A DNA stretch of 63,420 bases, filler included, from Octopus bimaculoides (GCF_001194135.2; 7 parts of 7 records of this genome joined end to end with filler, not necessarily neighbours in it); one strand, 5' to 3'. Positions 1-12,740 are shown, counted from the first letter of the whole stretch. The notes: generated by a model from the sequence alone, not told the origin. Made by a program: numbers and translations.

Positions 1-53
<53 letters not shown>

Positions 54-70
54 TAAAGAGAAAGAGAGAG
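1..70. repeat. (TA)n/(GA)n microsatellite
   Basis: Direct dinucleotide runs at the window start. Confidence 0.95.
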
Positions 71-379
71 AGGTAATGGTGTCAATAAAGCCCAAAGGTA
101 TCAGGTAATGCTGAGTAAGAGCTATGTACAGACTATAGTTAAGCTCTAGGTTCCGTGATTATGCGAATGAGGAGTCCAACGTAGGTCATATATCAGCATG
201 CGTATATGTAAAAAAAATTAACAGAATGAGATAAAAATCCATGGCCGTGAAAGATTTCAGAACATTTATAAATAGGTCTTACAACTGTTTCCAGGATATT
301 TTATACATCCCTTCATCGGAGAGGGTGTGAGAAAATGGTCAAGTAATAGTTATTCCAGATAAATTTTATATGTCACAAG

Positions 380-880
380 GCCTGAGAAGCTGAATTGCTG
401 GGGTTATGGACTGGAAATTGTGGTCGAAGCCAGCCAAGAAGAATTAAATGCGATAACGGAAGAAATACTTTTACCGGAAGATAAGAAATTAACAGTGGTA
501 GTGTAGGGTCGTCTACCCACCTGCTACCACTGCGGTGTGAAGGAGTACATGAAAGCAAAGTGCTCCGAGCTAAATAATGGAACAAATTAAAACCAGCATG
601 AACCAGAGAGAAGTACCGAATCAACAGCCCCAATCATGGAAGAAAATACGGACGACACAAACGAAGAGGGATTCATTGAAGTTCCAAAAAGAAAGAGAGA
701 TGTGGCTTCAGCTAAAAATAGTAATTAATCTTTTTTCCAAATGGCACCGTACCGTCTTATATAGTATTGTGATTTGAAAATATTACCCCAAATCGGACAG
801 GTTGATTATGTCTGCCAAAGCTGAAACGTAGTTGTTAATACGTTAAGACATTAAGACTGGCATGTGGTTAAATAACAACA
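380..880 (+). mobile_element. Decayed gag/ORF1-like retroelement fragment with a zinc-knuckle remnant
   Basis: Frame through 483-590 reads KKLTVVV*GRLPTCYHCGVKEYMKAKCSEL, i.e. C-X2-C-X4-Y-X4-C at 522-563 (CCHC knuckle with H replaced by Y). It contains in-frame stops. The segment ends in an (AAC)n-like tail near 873-890. Boundaries approximate. Confidence 0.5.
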
Positions 881-2784
881 ACTAAACAACACCTTGAGTG
901 TCACATGAAACCTCCATTCACTATCAATTTTGATAATTCGTGAGAAATATGAATAGCTGTAGTTATATGTTATGCTCTTGATTCCCTAACAAATTTTAAT
1001 ACTGAACAATATCGGTTTTTTGAAGCGATCGTATACAGAATACATAATCTATACCCAATTCAACAGAGCAACAAGTTTGTAGAGAGGGAACACGTTTAAA
1101 TGGAATTATGTTGCAGGAAATAATTTCGCATTACAAGATCCTAGAAAATTTTTATTGAACGCCTACGCAGGTAATCTTGAGTCAACCCCATATAGACATT
1201 CAGAACGTCTTGCAAATATTTTACTACCATTATTCAATTTGATTTGAGGTGCATTTCTCCTGAGAGGAAACATTTTCCAACATTTATCTTAAAACAGGGA
1301 ACTATTAGGATTAGATTCAACTCCCCCTTTCTTAATCTTCGATCAATAAACAATGTTATAAACTCAATAAAAGGTAAATCTGGACAAGTGATCGGCCACT
1401 ATCCAGAGCAAAAGTGATCGCGCTATAAATGTGATAATATCCACCCGAAGAAAGATATCAATCAAATAGCAAGATCCAAGGACGTATCTGAATTTGAATT
1501 ACACTTGATTATGCAGATCTAGGAAATCTTACTCAAATATTCTGCATGCCTAAACAATCAAGTATAAGATAATGGATAGTTGATTGATGCTTACTAACTT
1601 CAGGGGTTATTCTAAACCTTTCAAGATTCAGGAGACGAAATCTCACTCATCCTTATTCATAAAAGCATACACAAACACACATCAAAATCGACGTATGCAC
1701 ACACGCATAACAACGCCACATGGACAGCACAGAAACACTTTACATATTGATGTACAAAAGCACATGCATGCAGGAAAAACAAAATCAAAGCAAATCACAG
1801 AAAAATGAAAGAATGAAAATACATTAAAATAATAAACAATGTATTATACAATGATACATAAAATATATGAATTTGCGCATTAAAGAAGCTTAAAGACATG
1901 GAGGAATCTCTTTACCGTCCACGTTCCTTGTCAATTTATGTAGCAAGAGTGAATTGGAAAAAATGTAATAAAACAACAAACCAACGAATTCTTTGAGATA
2001 AGGAATCCTTTCATGGTAATAAAGATGGCGTTATTGTTGTTGTTGATGGTGATGATGATGGTGATGATAATGATTATAATGATGATGATGATGACGACGA
2101 TGATGAAGATAATAATAATGGGGATGAATAATAATGATGATAATAAATAATTGTTTCTGTATTAACCAGAAAAAGGCACACGCATACATATAGAAACATC
2201 GTGGTTATAATATATAAGAGGCTCGGCAAAGGTAAATAGTAACGGACTGTTGTGAGAGTAGGGCGTAGGTGGTTATATAATAAGAGGTCAAAATTAGATA
2301 TAAAAAAAGACGTAGCATAAGTACAATTTTATACGAAAATATAATTACAGCGAGGTATATAACACCATATGATAAAACATGCAACACATTCAACCACCAA
2401 GTAATAAGACACATTATAAGTTGGAACAAGGCACCCAAACACTTTCTACTCGCATCAGTCTAAACATCGAGCATTGGTGTAGCAAATGCGCCTGATGAAA
2501 CGACTTGGGCACTGGAACATAAGACAATTTCAATGTACTCGAATTCAGATTCTTTGAAATTCATATATCATCAATCTTACTGCCGCATATGTGTATCTGT
2601 GCTCAAAGTATTTGGGTACAAAATTAACGGTGTCTGAGAGGCTCACAAATTCAGCTTGTTGCCTCGGTTATAATAAACAAACAGATAGTGTTATAGGCTC
2701 CATCGAATTCAAATGCGAGTATTCCTCTCCTTGCGTTAGATAACCAGCAAAATAACCAGCAAAATAAGCTGAGAGTTTTCATCA

Positions 2785-2787
<3 letters not shown>

Positions 2788-2832
<45 letters not shown>
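2788..2832. repeat. (AAT)n microsatellite, tail of the adjacent SINE
   Basis: Trinucleotide run abutting the SINE 3' end. Confidence 0.9.
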
Positions 2833-3090
2833 CCTTTCTACTATATACACAAAACCAGGAATTTTGGGGGAAGGGGTTAAGTCGATTACATCGATCCCAG
2901 TACTCAACTGGTACTTAATTTGTTGACTCGGAAGGATGAAAGGAAAAGTCGACCTCGAATAATAATAAAAATTTCTCAGGCGGAAATCAAATTCAAAGTT
3001 AACCTTGGTGGGATTTGAATTCAGAATATAAAGTGCCAGAAGAAATACAGCAAAGCATTTTATCCTGAAATGCTCTGAAGATTCTGCTAG
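2831..3090 (-). mobile_element. tRNA-derived SINE, family 1 (shared central core), tail type ii
   Basis: Contains aagtcgattacatcga...ggtacttaattt...aggatgaaagg..aagtcgacctcg, the core shared with more than 10 other copies in this window. Confidence 0.8.
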
Positions 3091-3311
3091 CTATTAATTG
3101 TTTCTCAAATGGCCAAAACAAATAACGCAATTGATTTTGTTCGACACTCTAACGGTTATGTAGTGATTTCCACGGACCCGGAATCCCGAAGAGCAAATTT
3201 GAACTCAAGTGAAAGGGAAACCTTTAAATAGAGCAAGTCTCTTTGTTCGAGGCGCTAACGATACTGCCTTATATTTCTCTGCACAATGGCAGAAATCTTG
3301 GAGAGAGTTTA

Positions 3312-3475
3312 GTCAATTATATTCGGCACTAGTACGGATCTGCCACATTATTTTATCGACCCCGAAAGGTGAAAGGCAAGGTTCACCTCGGCGAGACAGT
3401 AAGTCAGAAGGTAAAGAGTCTGCGGAAATACTGCAAGGCATTTTGCCCGATGTTCTAACACTTACCATCCCACTT
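3312..3475 (-). mobile_element. SINE family 1, degenerate copy
   Basis: ttttatcgaccccgaaaggtgaaaggcaaggttcacctcggcg matches the family core. Confidence 0.65.
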
Positions 3476-4090
3476 CCATTGAATTTCTTTCTCCATAATA
3501 ATATCACTGCTCTTACTGACAACAACGATAACAACCACTATGACAATACTAATAATATTTTTTCCGAGGACGACGTCAGAAGCGAAGCCGTTAATAATAG
3601 GAATAAAATTTCCATAAACAAAAAAAAAGAAAACAAAAATAATAGTAGTGAAATATCATCAAACTGAAAGAGAAACATGATAAATATAAATTCCAGACTA
3701 AATAGCGATATTTTATGTTGCCTAGGAAAGCTTAGCGTGCCAAATACACGTAAGATTTGTGTTCATGCAGATCTTGAATACATACCTTCGTTTCGTTATA
3801 TTCTATTCGCTGTCTTTATCTTCACTACCTCCTTCGATCTCCTATATATTTTACTTTTCCACCCTCCACAGTTTCTCTTCTTTTAACTCTTTGTCTCTAC
3901 TCAAGTCATCCATCTATCTATCTGTCGGCTTCTCTTTCTTTGGGAATATATTTAATATATTTGTCCTATGAGATGCATAATATGTAGTGATATATAAATA
4001 CATATCTTCAGTCAGTGGAGGAATTTTTTCTTCATATCTGACATTTCAAAGGCAGGCGAGTGTTTGTGCGTGTATTAACACACACGTATG

Positions 4091-4121
<31 letters not shown>

Positions 4122-4131
4122 NNNNNNNNNN

Positions 4132-4163
<32 letters not shown>

Positions 4164-4270
4164 CGTACATATATACATATTCATCGGTGTGTGTGCGTCT
4201 GTATACATCTAGATACATATATTTGTGTGTGGTGTGTAATAAAGTTATACACATAGATGTAACTGTGCAT

Positions 4271-4312
<42 letters not shown>

Positions 4313-4534
4313 TGTGTGTGTGCGTGTGTGTGCGTGTGTCTGTACGTGTGTGCACGTGTGTGCGTATGCTTTAACAAAAATAATTTACATATGTGAAATA
4401 TATAAACATATCGAGTGATGGTCTGATCTATGTTATATCTAAGTTATATTTTTCTCTATCATTTTCATTTTGATATATATGTGACTTTTTTTTATATAAA
4501 TTGACACATACGCTCACTTCACACACAAACACAG

Positions 4535-4571
<37 letters not shown>

Positions 4572-4694
4572 GACACGCACACTCGAATACGTAAATAAAC
4601 AAACCTATAATACATGTTTTATAGTTCTAATAACACCCTTAGCATATTGAATTCAATAAAAAATTATATATATATGTATATATGCATGTATATT

Positions 4695-4739
<45 letters not shown>

Positions 4740-4749
4740 GTGTGTATGC

Positions 4750-4797
<48 letters not shown>

Positions 4798-5143
4798 AGT
4801 AACACATTCTTGTTTTTGTTTTACCGTCTGAGTTTACAGCATGATGCAGTCAGTTTTTAATGTTTTCCCTTCCCTCTCGTCCTCCTCCCTACTTCGCTTA
4901 CTCCCTTTCTTCTCTTTTATTTTTTTAAAATAAAGGTTTTTCTAAAACAACAACAAAAACAAAAACATTTTCTCCCCAGTCTTAAAGCTATTGAAGTGAT
5001 ATATTCTACATCCTTCTCGTCATTTCACATGTGTGTGATTTATCTTGTACAGAGATTATTCCCTCCTCTCTTATATTTCGATAACAATCTGCGAAAGAAA
5101 TAATAGCACATTTTTATTGTCCTTATTATTATTATCATTATCA

Positions 5144-5203
<60 letters not shown>

Positions 5204-5780
5204 GTAGTAGTAGTAGTAGTAATTGATGTTCTTTTTGTAAATGTTTATCCTTTCTTGTAGTAATAGCAGCAGTAATAGTAGTCCTTACATAGAAAGAAGA
5301 GAATACGCTTTACTGAGATAGCTGCTGCATCATGGTATCAAACTGGGAAACTGAGATGCTGTATTGTTGTTGCTCAACTCCTCCAACTAAAATATTCGGG
5401 ATGGGCTAGTCTGTATTGTTCGAGTAACTCTATAGTAATATTTGAATTTACCGCCAGTGTAAGACATTGAGTGATGCCTGATGGGTGGGGATATGAGACA
5501 AGCCAGCTTCGTACTTAACCACTGCGAAAATAAAGCATTAGTAAAATGTAAAGTGACTGCCGTGTAGTTATTTTGGCAGAGTGAAAGGAAGGCTTACTAA
5601 ATAATGAATCTGCCATAATCTTGTTGAATTCCCAATGGAAAGAAATAGACCCTTCCCCAACCATTTTGTTGACTTGCTGGGTCTTTATGAAATCAAAATG
5701 TGCATGCCTTTTGCAGATCCGATGAGGCTAAGGAGATATGACCCGGCTAATGATCGGTTTAAAATGTAGCAACTAAATAC

Positions 5781-5933
5781 GTGTAGGAAAGATATGAAGA
5801 GGTGAAGATACTACTAGTGAGTCAGTGATCTGGAAATAGTGATTATGTGATGCTAGGGAGTGGATACGGAAGTAACCAGTTTCGCATTTAACCTCAGCAA
5901 AAACATGAATTTTAGACTGGGCTAATGTAGAAA
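5781..5933 (-). CDS. Candidate 153-nt phase 1-1 coding exon of an unknown gene (STLAQSKIHVFAEVKCETGYFRIHSLASHNHYFQITDSLVVSSPLHIFPT)
   Basis: Acceptor ctgttatttttgacag and donor AC|gtattt (weak). Only the phase-1 frame is open, and it stops a few nt past the donor. No homology recognised. Confidence 0.3.
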
Positions 5934-6209
5934 CTGTCAAAAATAACAGCCAAATAGCCATTAAATTATACCCTACTGTCTTTAAGACATAATGATTGGT
6001 TATAACATATAGGGCATTATAACACATACTATATCTAAGACAGAGGATATGATATAAAAAAATGATGCCCAAAAGCTAAATTGTATGAAGAAAGACATGA
6101 ATTTATAACAAAATGCTCTTTCAGCATATATATTATCTAATTGCAGTTACATGAGCAGGTCAAAGAGACTTATACGTTTCTTGTCACATCAGGGATATAC
6201 CAACCTTAC

Positions 6210-6240
6210 GCCATGTTTTACTGATAAAATAACTTTTCAC
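6210..6240 (-). CDS. Candidate 31-nt exon (VKSYFISKTW), phase 0 to 1
   Basis: Very pyrimidine-rich acceptor ttctgtctgtttattgttttatctgtgcag and donor GGC|gtaagg. Only phase 0 is open, and the end phase is compatible with 5781-5933. Confidence 0.25.
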
Positions 6241-7107
6241 CTGCACAGATAAAACAATAAACAGACAGAAATCAGCAACAGTCTTCCTGTTTTAATGATT
6301 ATGTTATTGACATGAGCGTAAAATATTGACCCAATTGCCGACAATCTCATACAAAATCTAGTCCTTTAAGTCTTTTCAAAACAGCTGATACAAACTTGAG
6401 AGTTTTTAGACAAGTTAACTACTTGAACAAGATTATTGTGTTTGTCTCGAAGCACATTTCGTGTCGGGAGTAATATTGATCTTCATTGATTATCTGTCGT
6501 AAGCTTTTTCACACGGATAGCAGAAAAGGAAACAAAAGTATTTTACATTTGTTTAACGATGATAGAAATATAATTTTACTTGTGTACCAAACAGAGAGAC
6601 ACAAGCACGCACACAAATACGTACACACATATACACATGCATAAATCTACGTACACGACAAGAAAACACACACATACAAACACACGCGCGCGCGCGCACA
6701 GACACACATAGACACACACACACACACACACACACACTTATATGTGCGCTTTTTATATCATAAAATCAAGGAACATTGTAAAAAGTCAAAAGAAGACAAC
6801 AAAACGTTATCAATTCAATTCGAAATCTTACAAATTTATAGTTTAGAAAGGGAGAGTGAGGGGGAGGAGAGAGAGACAGGGAGAGGAAGACAGACAGAGT
6901 GGAGGGAGAGAAGACTGACATAGCAAAGACCTCACAATATCAATCTCATTTCCTTTGTTACCTACACAGCAGCTACGTTCAACTGAATGTTTGTCATACG
7001 CGCTACACACACAAACACACACATACACACACACAAACACACACATATACACACACAAACACACACATACACAAACATAAACACACATGCAAACACACTC
7101 ATATATA

Positions 7108-7337
7108 TTGGCTTCAAATTTCAGCCCAACGCCAGCAATTTTGGTGGAACGGAAGAGTAAGTCGATTACATCATCCCCAATGCTCAATCGGTACTTATTT
7201 TATGGAGATCGATAGGATGCACAGCAAAAATCAATCTTGGCGGAATTTACTCAGAATGTATGGAGGGAAGAAATGCCGCTGAGCATTTCGAATTTTGCCC
7301 GGCGTGCTAAAGAGGATTCTACCAACTCACTGCCCTA
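7108..7337 (-). mobile_element. SINE family 1, tail type iii
   Basis: Head (ggcagtgagttggtagaatc on -), core and caaaattgctgg...aaatttgaagcc tail. Confidence 0.8.
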
Positions 7338-7543
7338 AACACACACAGACATACACAACACGCACACATATACATACACACACACAAACACACACACATA
7401 CATACACACACATTCACACACATACAAATACATATGTAGTAATTTATACGTACATATATGTAGAGAGAGGGGGGAGAGAGAGATACATACATATTACATA
7501 TATTATTATTATTATTGTAGTTGTTGTTGTTGTTGTTTTTGTT

Positions 7544-7727
7544 GAAGGTGAGCTGGTAGAATCGTCAGCGCTTAGCAAAATGCTTGGTGGCACTTTGTCC
7601 ATCTTTATGTTCTGAGTTCAAATTCCGCTGAGATCCACTTTGACTTTCAGCATTTCTGGTCGATAACATAAACCCCAAAATTGCTGGCCTCGTGCCCAAA
7701 CCTGAAACCATCACTCTTATTATTATT
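7544..7727 (+). mobile_element. SINE family 1, internally deleted, tail type iii
   Basis: gaaggtgagctggtagaatcg head, gagttcaaattcc B-box-like motif, ccccaaaattgctggcctcgtgccc tail plus (ATT)n. Confidence 0.8.
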
Positions 7728-7860
7728 AAATTTTCATGTACTGCACGGTGTGTATTACAAATGTAGAAGAATTTCAAAATAGCTATACTACTAATTTTAA
7801 CAGCGTAAGTAACGACAATTTAGACGGATGTAAATGCATCTTATAATTTTTCTCACATCC

Positions 7861-8062
7861 AAGGCGGCAAACTGGCGGCGAACCGTTAGCACACCCGGCA
7901 AGCATTTCGTTCCTCCTTAAGTTGTGAGTTCAAATTCCGCCATCGTCGACTTTACCTTTTATCCTTTCGTGGTCGGTGAAATAAGTACCAGATACGAACT
8001 GAGGTCTATCGACTATCTCTCTACCCCCAAATTACAGGCATTGTGCCTATAGCAGAAATGAT
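7861..8062 (+). mobile_element. SINE family 1, tail type ii
   Basis: aaggcggcaaactggc head, gagttcaaattccgcc, gtcgactttacc...ataagtaccag core. Confidence 0.85.
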
Positions 8063-8260
8063 TTCTTTCACCACATCCATATTGTCTTTATAAGTATTCT
8101 CTATTCATCTGCCTGAATCTGTCGACTTATGTACATAATGTGCATTCGTGTTGGCGTAACTAAGTATTTAATAAATATTATACAAAACATGATCTGTAAT
8201 TGAAATATAAACGCAAGTGAAAGTACATAAACTACAGCTTTAACTCTGTATGTATTATAC

Positions 8261-8288
8261 CTTGTCAAAATTCTTAAACTGGTTCAAA
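8261..8288 (-). CDS. Candidate 28-nt exon (LNQFKNFDK), phase 2 to 0
   Basis: Acceptor gtgacatttttccag and donor AAG|gtataa. Only phase 2 is open. Confidence 0.2.
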
Positions 8289-8950
8289 CTGGAAAAATGT
8301 CACACATAAATCACAGCTCTATACAAAATAACATAATATATATACATAACACGCACACACACATATATATATGTATATATGCATAGTGCATGGATAGTAT
8401 CTCGTAAATTAGACAAAAGAATCATATATATGAAATGCTTAAATCAAATTCTTAAATAAACTTTTTAACTAAGCAAATAAAAAAATAGAAGTATTTAATG
8501 TTTGAAAGTGTAAAAATATTAAAACTGCGTAATTATATTTCATTTTATAAGAGAGTTCAGATAAGAAAACAATTTGAAGCATTAAAGTTTAAAGTTTAAA
8601 ATTTTAAAAAAGAACGGACAGGGTAGTGTAGAGTACTAGAAAAAAAAAAAAGATGCGTTTGATGATTCAAGAGGTAAAATAAAGAAATAAACACCGCACT
8701 CTAAGGAAATATCAAAGAATTAAAGGAAAAAGAGTGTAAATTTCAAGGCAATTAAACATCGAAATGTGTATGTTGGAGATTATACTAAGTGAAAGTATGG
8801 GATAACTAAAATTCGATTTTAATTAACAGAAGAATCAAATATAAAATAATTAAAATTCAATAAAAACTTAAAAATTAAAATGAAATTGAAAACCTGAAGT
8901 GAAGGGATAAAGAAAAAGAAGAAATTATAATGTACACACATCTATCTGTC

Positions 8951-9461
8951 TACATAGGAAGGTGGGCTGAAAGGATGAGTGTTGGGTTCATTACGTCGAG
9001 CCAGATAGAAAAAAGATAAACCACGCAGTCGAAACATCACTCCCCACTAGCTCCGAAGAAGGCCATTTCATTTGCAGGAGAGCTGATAGCCTCAGTTTTG
9101 GGGACGCAAAATGCAATGTTTATTAATTATCTTCAAAAAGATCACACCCTGAGTGGAGGGTAATATGAAACATGCCGAGGAGGTTACGAAAGGCTATCAA
9201 GACCAAACACCCAGGAAATCATCAAGCAAATCTCCAGCATACAAGTCCTTGGTTTCAGTAGTTGCTGTGGGTTACTATGGTTTTGAACTGATTGATCAGC
9301 CTTCTTATTCCCCTGATTTGTCCCCACCGGTCTATCATCTTCTCCCCAACATGGAAAACTACTTGATTGGGAGATATTATCGCAGCGATGATGACGTCAT
9401 ATATGTTGCTGTTATTTGTTACTTATGAAGTCTTCTTTGAACCTTTCTGTCCCTTTCTGTA
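8951..9461 (+). mobile_element. Internally deleted mariner (Tc1/mariner) transposon remnant
   Basis: DECWVHY at 8974 (first catalytic D region), frameshifted APKKA and WDAK-like segments, GFELIDQPSYSPDLSPPVYHLLPNM with YSPDL at 9306-9320, then RSDDDVI. The second-D (QDN) region is missing. Degenerate terminal inverted repeats lie near 8951-8978 and 9438-9461. Confidence 0.85.
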
Positions 9462-9472
9462 TATATACATAC

Positions 9473-9514
<42 letters not shown>

Positions 9515-9782
9515 ATATAGTTATATGTATGCATATGTTTTTGGGGCTTATATTGAGAAGGCAACAAAAGATAATTAAAAGTGTGGTTATAGGATGAGAT
9601 TTTCTCGGGTGAAGTGTGGCAGAAAAAAAGAAGAAAAAGAAGAACAACAACAGCAACAACAACAGCAACAACAACAACAACTTTTATTCATATTTCTGTT
9701 TCCTCCCTATAGAAGCCTCAAAACAATGTCTGGAAGACGCACAATGTGATATCACACATTTGATGCAACTTTGATGAAGTGT

Positions 9783-10129
9783 TTCTCTAATGTCTAAAAC
9801 AGCAAACATTACGTAAATTTTCACTTCGAATTTTGTGTAAACTGGCAAAGCAAACAAAGTTGTTACAGAAACAATTGTGATGAATCATTAAAGATGTGCC
9901 AAATAATTTCTTTGCCGTATTATTTGGATTGATTATATATATATTATATATATATATACAAACATACATATATATAACTTCTCTAATATCTAAAACCGCA
10001 AACATTACGTAATTTTTCACTCCGAATTTTGCGTAAACTGGCAAAGCAAACAAAGTAGTTAGAGACACAATTTTCGTGAATCATTAAAAAGATGTGCCAA
10101 AGAATTTCTTTGTCGCATTATTTGGATTG

Positions 10130-10132
<3 letters not shown>
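9783..10132 (+). repeat. Tandem duplication of a ~152-bp unit, each copy followed by (TA)n
   Basis: 9783-9934 and 9979-10132 align with scattered substitutions and no gap between them. Confidence 0.9.
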
Positions 10133-10172
<40 letters not shown>

Positions 10173-10333
10173 GATTGACCGTTGACTGAACGCTATTCAA
10201 TTTTTTTTCTCCGTGTTTTTCTCCTTGTCTCCGTATTCTTTCTGTTGAAGAGCGTAGCTCGAAACGTCAAAGACTTTCCGTATTCCCGAGCGTCATACTA
10301 ATATATCCTTTTGTTATATTTACACCACCTGTC
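10173..10333 (+). mobile_element. Short repeat A (PLE pseudo-LTR or retrozyme-like) carrying a hammerhead-like motif, copy 1
   Basis: Homologous to 20975-21125 on the - strand. Flanked by (TA)n and a gap. Confidence 0.65.
10237..10273 (+). ncRNA. Putative minimal type I hammerhead ribozyme (variant core)
   Basis: UCUUU-CUGUUGA-A-GAGC(GUA)GCUC-GAAAC-GUC-AAAGA: 5-bp stem I, 4-bp stem II, palindromic ACGU stem III, GUC triplet at 10266-10268. The core has A6 replaced by U and one extra A. Confidence 0.5.
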
Positions 10334-10655
10334 CTCGTCTGTTGTTATTATTTNNNNNNNNNNNNNNNNNNNNNNNNNNNNNNNNNNNNNNNNNNNNNNN
10401 NNNNNNNNNNNNNNNNNNNNNNNNNNNNNNNNNNNNNNNNNTATATATGTAATAAGAGTGGTTTGTTAGCAATTTTTCAACCGTAAGGCAAAAATATATA
10501 CGCCATTAATGTAAATGCGAAATCGCTGGTGGTCTGGCTATGTCCAGTACTGAGGGAGCTTGCTTCCCTTCTCATTCATTAAGATACTGCTTATCGTGCC
10601 TATGAGTTGTTTTGACACTAGTGGTTCTAACTGGCGTCCTTAGTTGCTTTAATGA

Positions 10656-10704
<49 letters not shown>

Positions 10705-11154
10705 TATGTGAGTGTGTATGTAAGCACGTATGTGTATCCATAAAGAGGAGCAGGTGTAAATGAAGCTAACGCTTATATGTTGCATATTTATAATTAACGC
10801 AAACTTAGGTAAACTGTGGAAGATTCCAAACAGACGAATAGCTTAGAAGAATTAAGGATCTTAAAGAAAATGAAGTTGGAAATTGAATAAAAATAGGAAA
10901 TGAAAGAGACGGGCAGTTTAATAGATATTTAGGAAAATTTTAAGTCTTATGAAAATGTTGTAGGTGAGTAAGAGGGGAGACTTATGAAAAATATATAGAT
11001 GATAAATGAATGTAAGAGATTTGTCTATTTTTCGCCATTCTTTACATTTCTATTAATCTTTTCCTGCTTTTGACATTTTTCAATTTATCTATTTCCCGCA
11101 ATCTGTCTCGTTATTATACGAATAAAATGCGTAGTTTTCTTCTGTCTGTCTTTA

Positions 11155-11290
11155 CGTTAAAATGCCACCGAAATCGAATTTGCCATTGGAGGTTGATAAA
11201 ATGAGTACCAGTTGAGCACTAGGGTCGATGTAATACATACAGTTCCTCTCCCACCAAAATTGCTGGTCTTGTCTCAGAATTCGAAACCGT
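11155..11290 (+). mobile_element. SINE family 1, partial, tail type iii
   Basis: gataaaatgagtaccagttgagcactagggtcgatgtaat core and caaaattgctggtcttgt tail. Confidence 0.75.
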
Positions 11291-11869
11291 TATGTTTATT
11301 AAGGTGTAAGTAGCTTTTACGTGCACTACGCTCTCTAAGCGTCAACGGAAAGTGAGATACAGTTAAATTTCTAGGTGTGAAGTTCAGCCCGTCCCAGGCG
11401 ACGCCCTTATGCGGGTGGTACTTTTGGACCTTCTGTATAAAGCTTGCAGACTTTAGGAGGCGGTGAACTCAGGGGCTACAAATGCTCTTGCTATGCCACT
11501 GGCAAAGTTTTCCCAAATAACAGTTTTAAAAATTAAGCCTAATAAAGAATGTGGTACGATGCTAATTGATCGGTAGTCTGCATTAAATTATATGCATATA
11601 CCTTACACTCAAAATGTTAGATAAGGGGAATAATTCAGTATAAGATTCCGTGTATACGAGCATATACACTCATGCTTGAGTATTCACACTTTCACAATCA
11701 CAGCCTAAAGAAACTAATAAAGGCAAGGCACAAATCTGCTTGTACGTTACTTGGTTTGTAACACATACACACACATACTGATACCTTTACAGGTATGCCT
11801 GTATCCACTCCATACTTACATAGCTCCTACTACCTTTCATCCGGATATATACAATCCATCAATCCGTCG

Positions 11870-12470
11870 TCTCAATATAAATCTTTCCCTAGACCTGAAC
11901 TCCTGTTCTTATCAACCTTACAATAAGCCCGACGAGAAACTTTCTTATATACATAAACAAATAAATAGTCTTGTCACCCTGTAGTATTCAAAGGCCCGGT
12001 AGCTAACAATAGTCACAAATTCTAACCTCTCTTCCGCTAAAGAAAATTTCGAGAAGGCAGCTCCCAACTACAGCAGTGTCCTAGCCAATAGTGGCTTTAA
12101 GTGTAAATCAATATATAACTCCTCTAATATTAATGGGAGTAATAATAATAGACCTAAGCATAGACCTAGGAAAATAGTTTTGTTGCCCCCTCCCTTTTCT
12201 ATTAATGTAAAAACTAATATCAATAAAAGATTCCTGTCGCTCATACACAAACATTTTCCAGAAAAAGACATATACAGGATAATAATTAACAGGCGCTCAG
12301 TCAAATTAATATATAGCTCTTGCCTCAATATGAATATCATTATTAAACGAAAACAACGGGAAGAGCCCACTCCTAGTTGAAACGGCTAGACTCAGGAATC
12401 TGTCCAGGAACCCGACCAGGGATGTATGATCAAATCCGTCATATATGTGGCAGAAGCTACGCAGATTCTA
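11870..12470 (+). mobile_element. Penelope-like element remnant: RT C-terminus, linker and start of the GIY-YIG domain
   Basis: LSLDLNSCSYQPYNKPDEKLSYIH; ENFEKAAPNYSSVLANSGF; PPFSINVKTNINKRFLSLIHKHFP...SVKLIYSSCLNM; GCMIKSVIY. Several frameshifts and stops. Confidence 0.85.
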
Positions 12471-12541
12471 ACAAGAATTTGGAGTAGTTTGTTCTATTTG
12501 ACTGGAGCTGATAATACTGGCAATGTGCTTCACTTCTAAGC

Positions 12542-12577
<36 letters not shown>

Positions 12578-12702
12578 CACACACGCACAAACACATGCAC
12601 ACACATACACACACAAGTACACACATACACAAACACAAGCACTCACACGCCTATACGTATTCATACATGCATATACATACATACATACACACACACATAC
12701 AT

Positions 12703-12740
<38 letters not shown>

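Noticed and set aside
1117-1170. + strand 54-nt exon-like segment (GNNFALQDPRKFLLNAYAG) with good splice signals
   Set aside because: No compatible partner exon or recognisable homology; it illustrates the chance rate of splice-like pairs
890-1580. Non-repetitive, coding-looking segment
   Set aside because: All frames I translated are interrupted and I found no convincing RT, transposase or nuclease motif
2492-2525. CUGAUGA hammerhead-like heptamer
   Set aside because: No stem II and no GAAA at a usable distance
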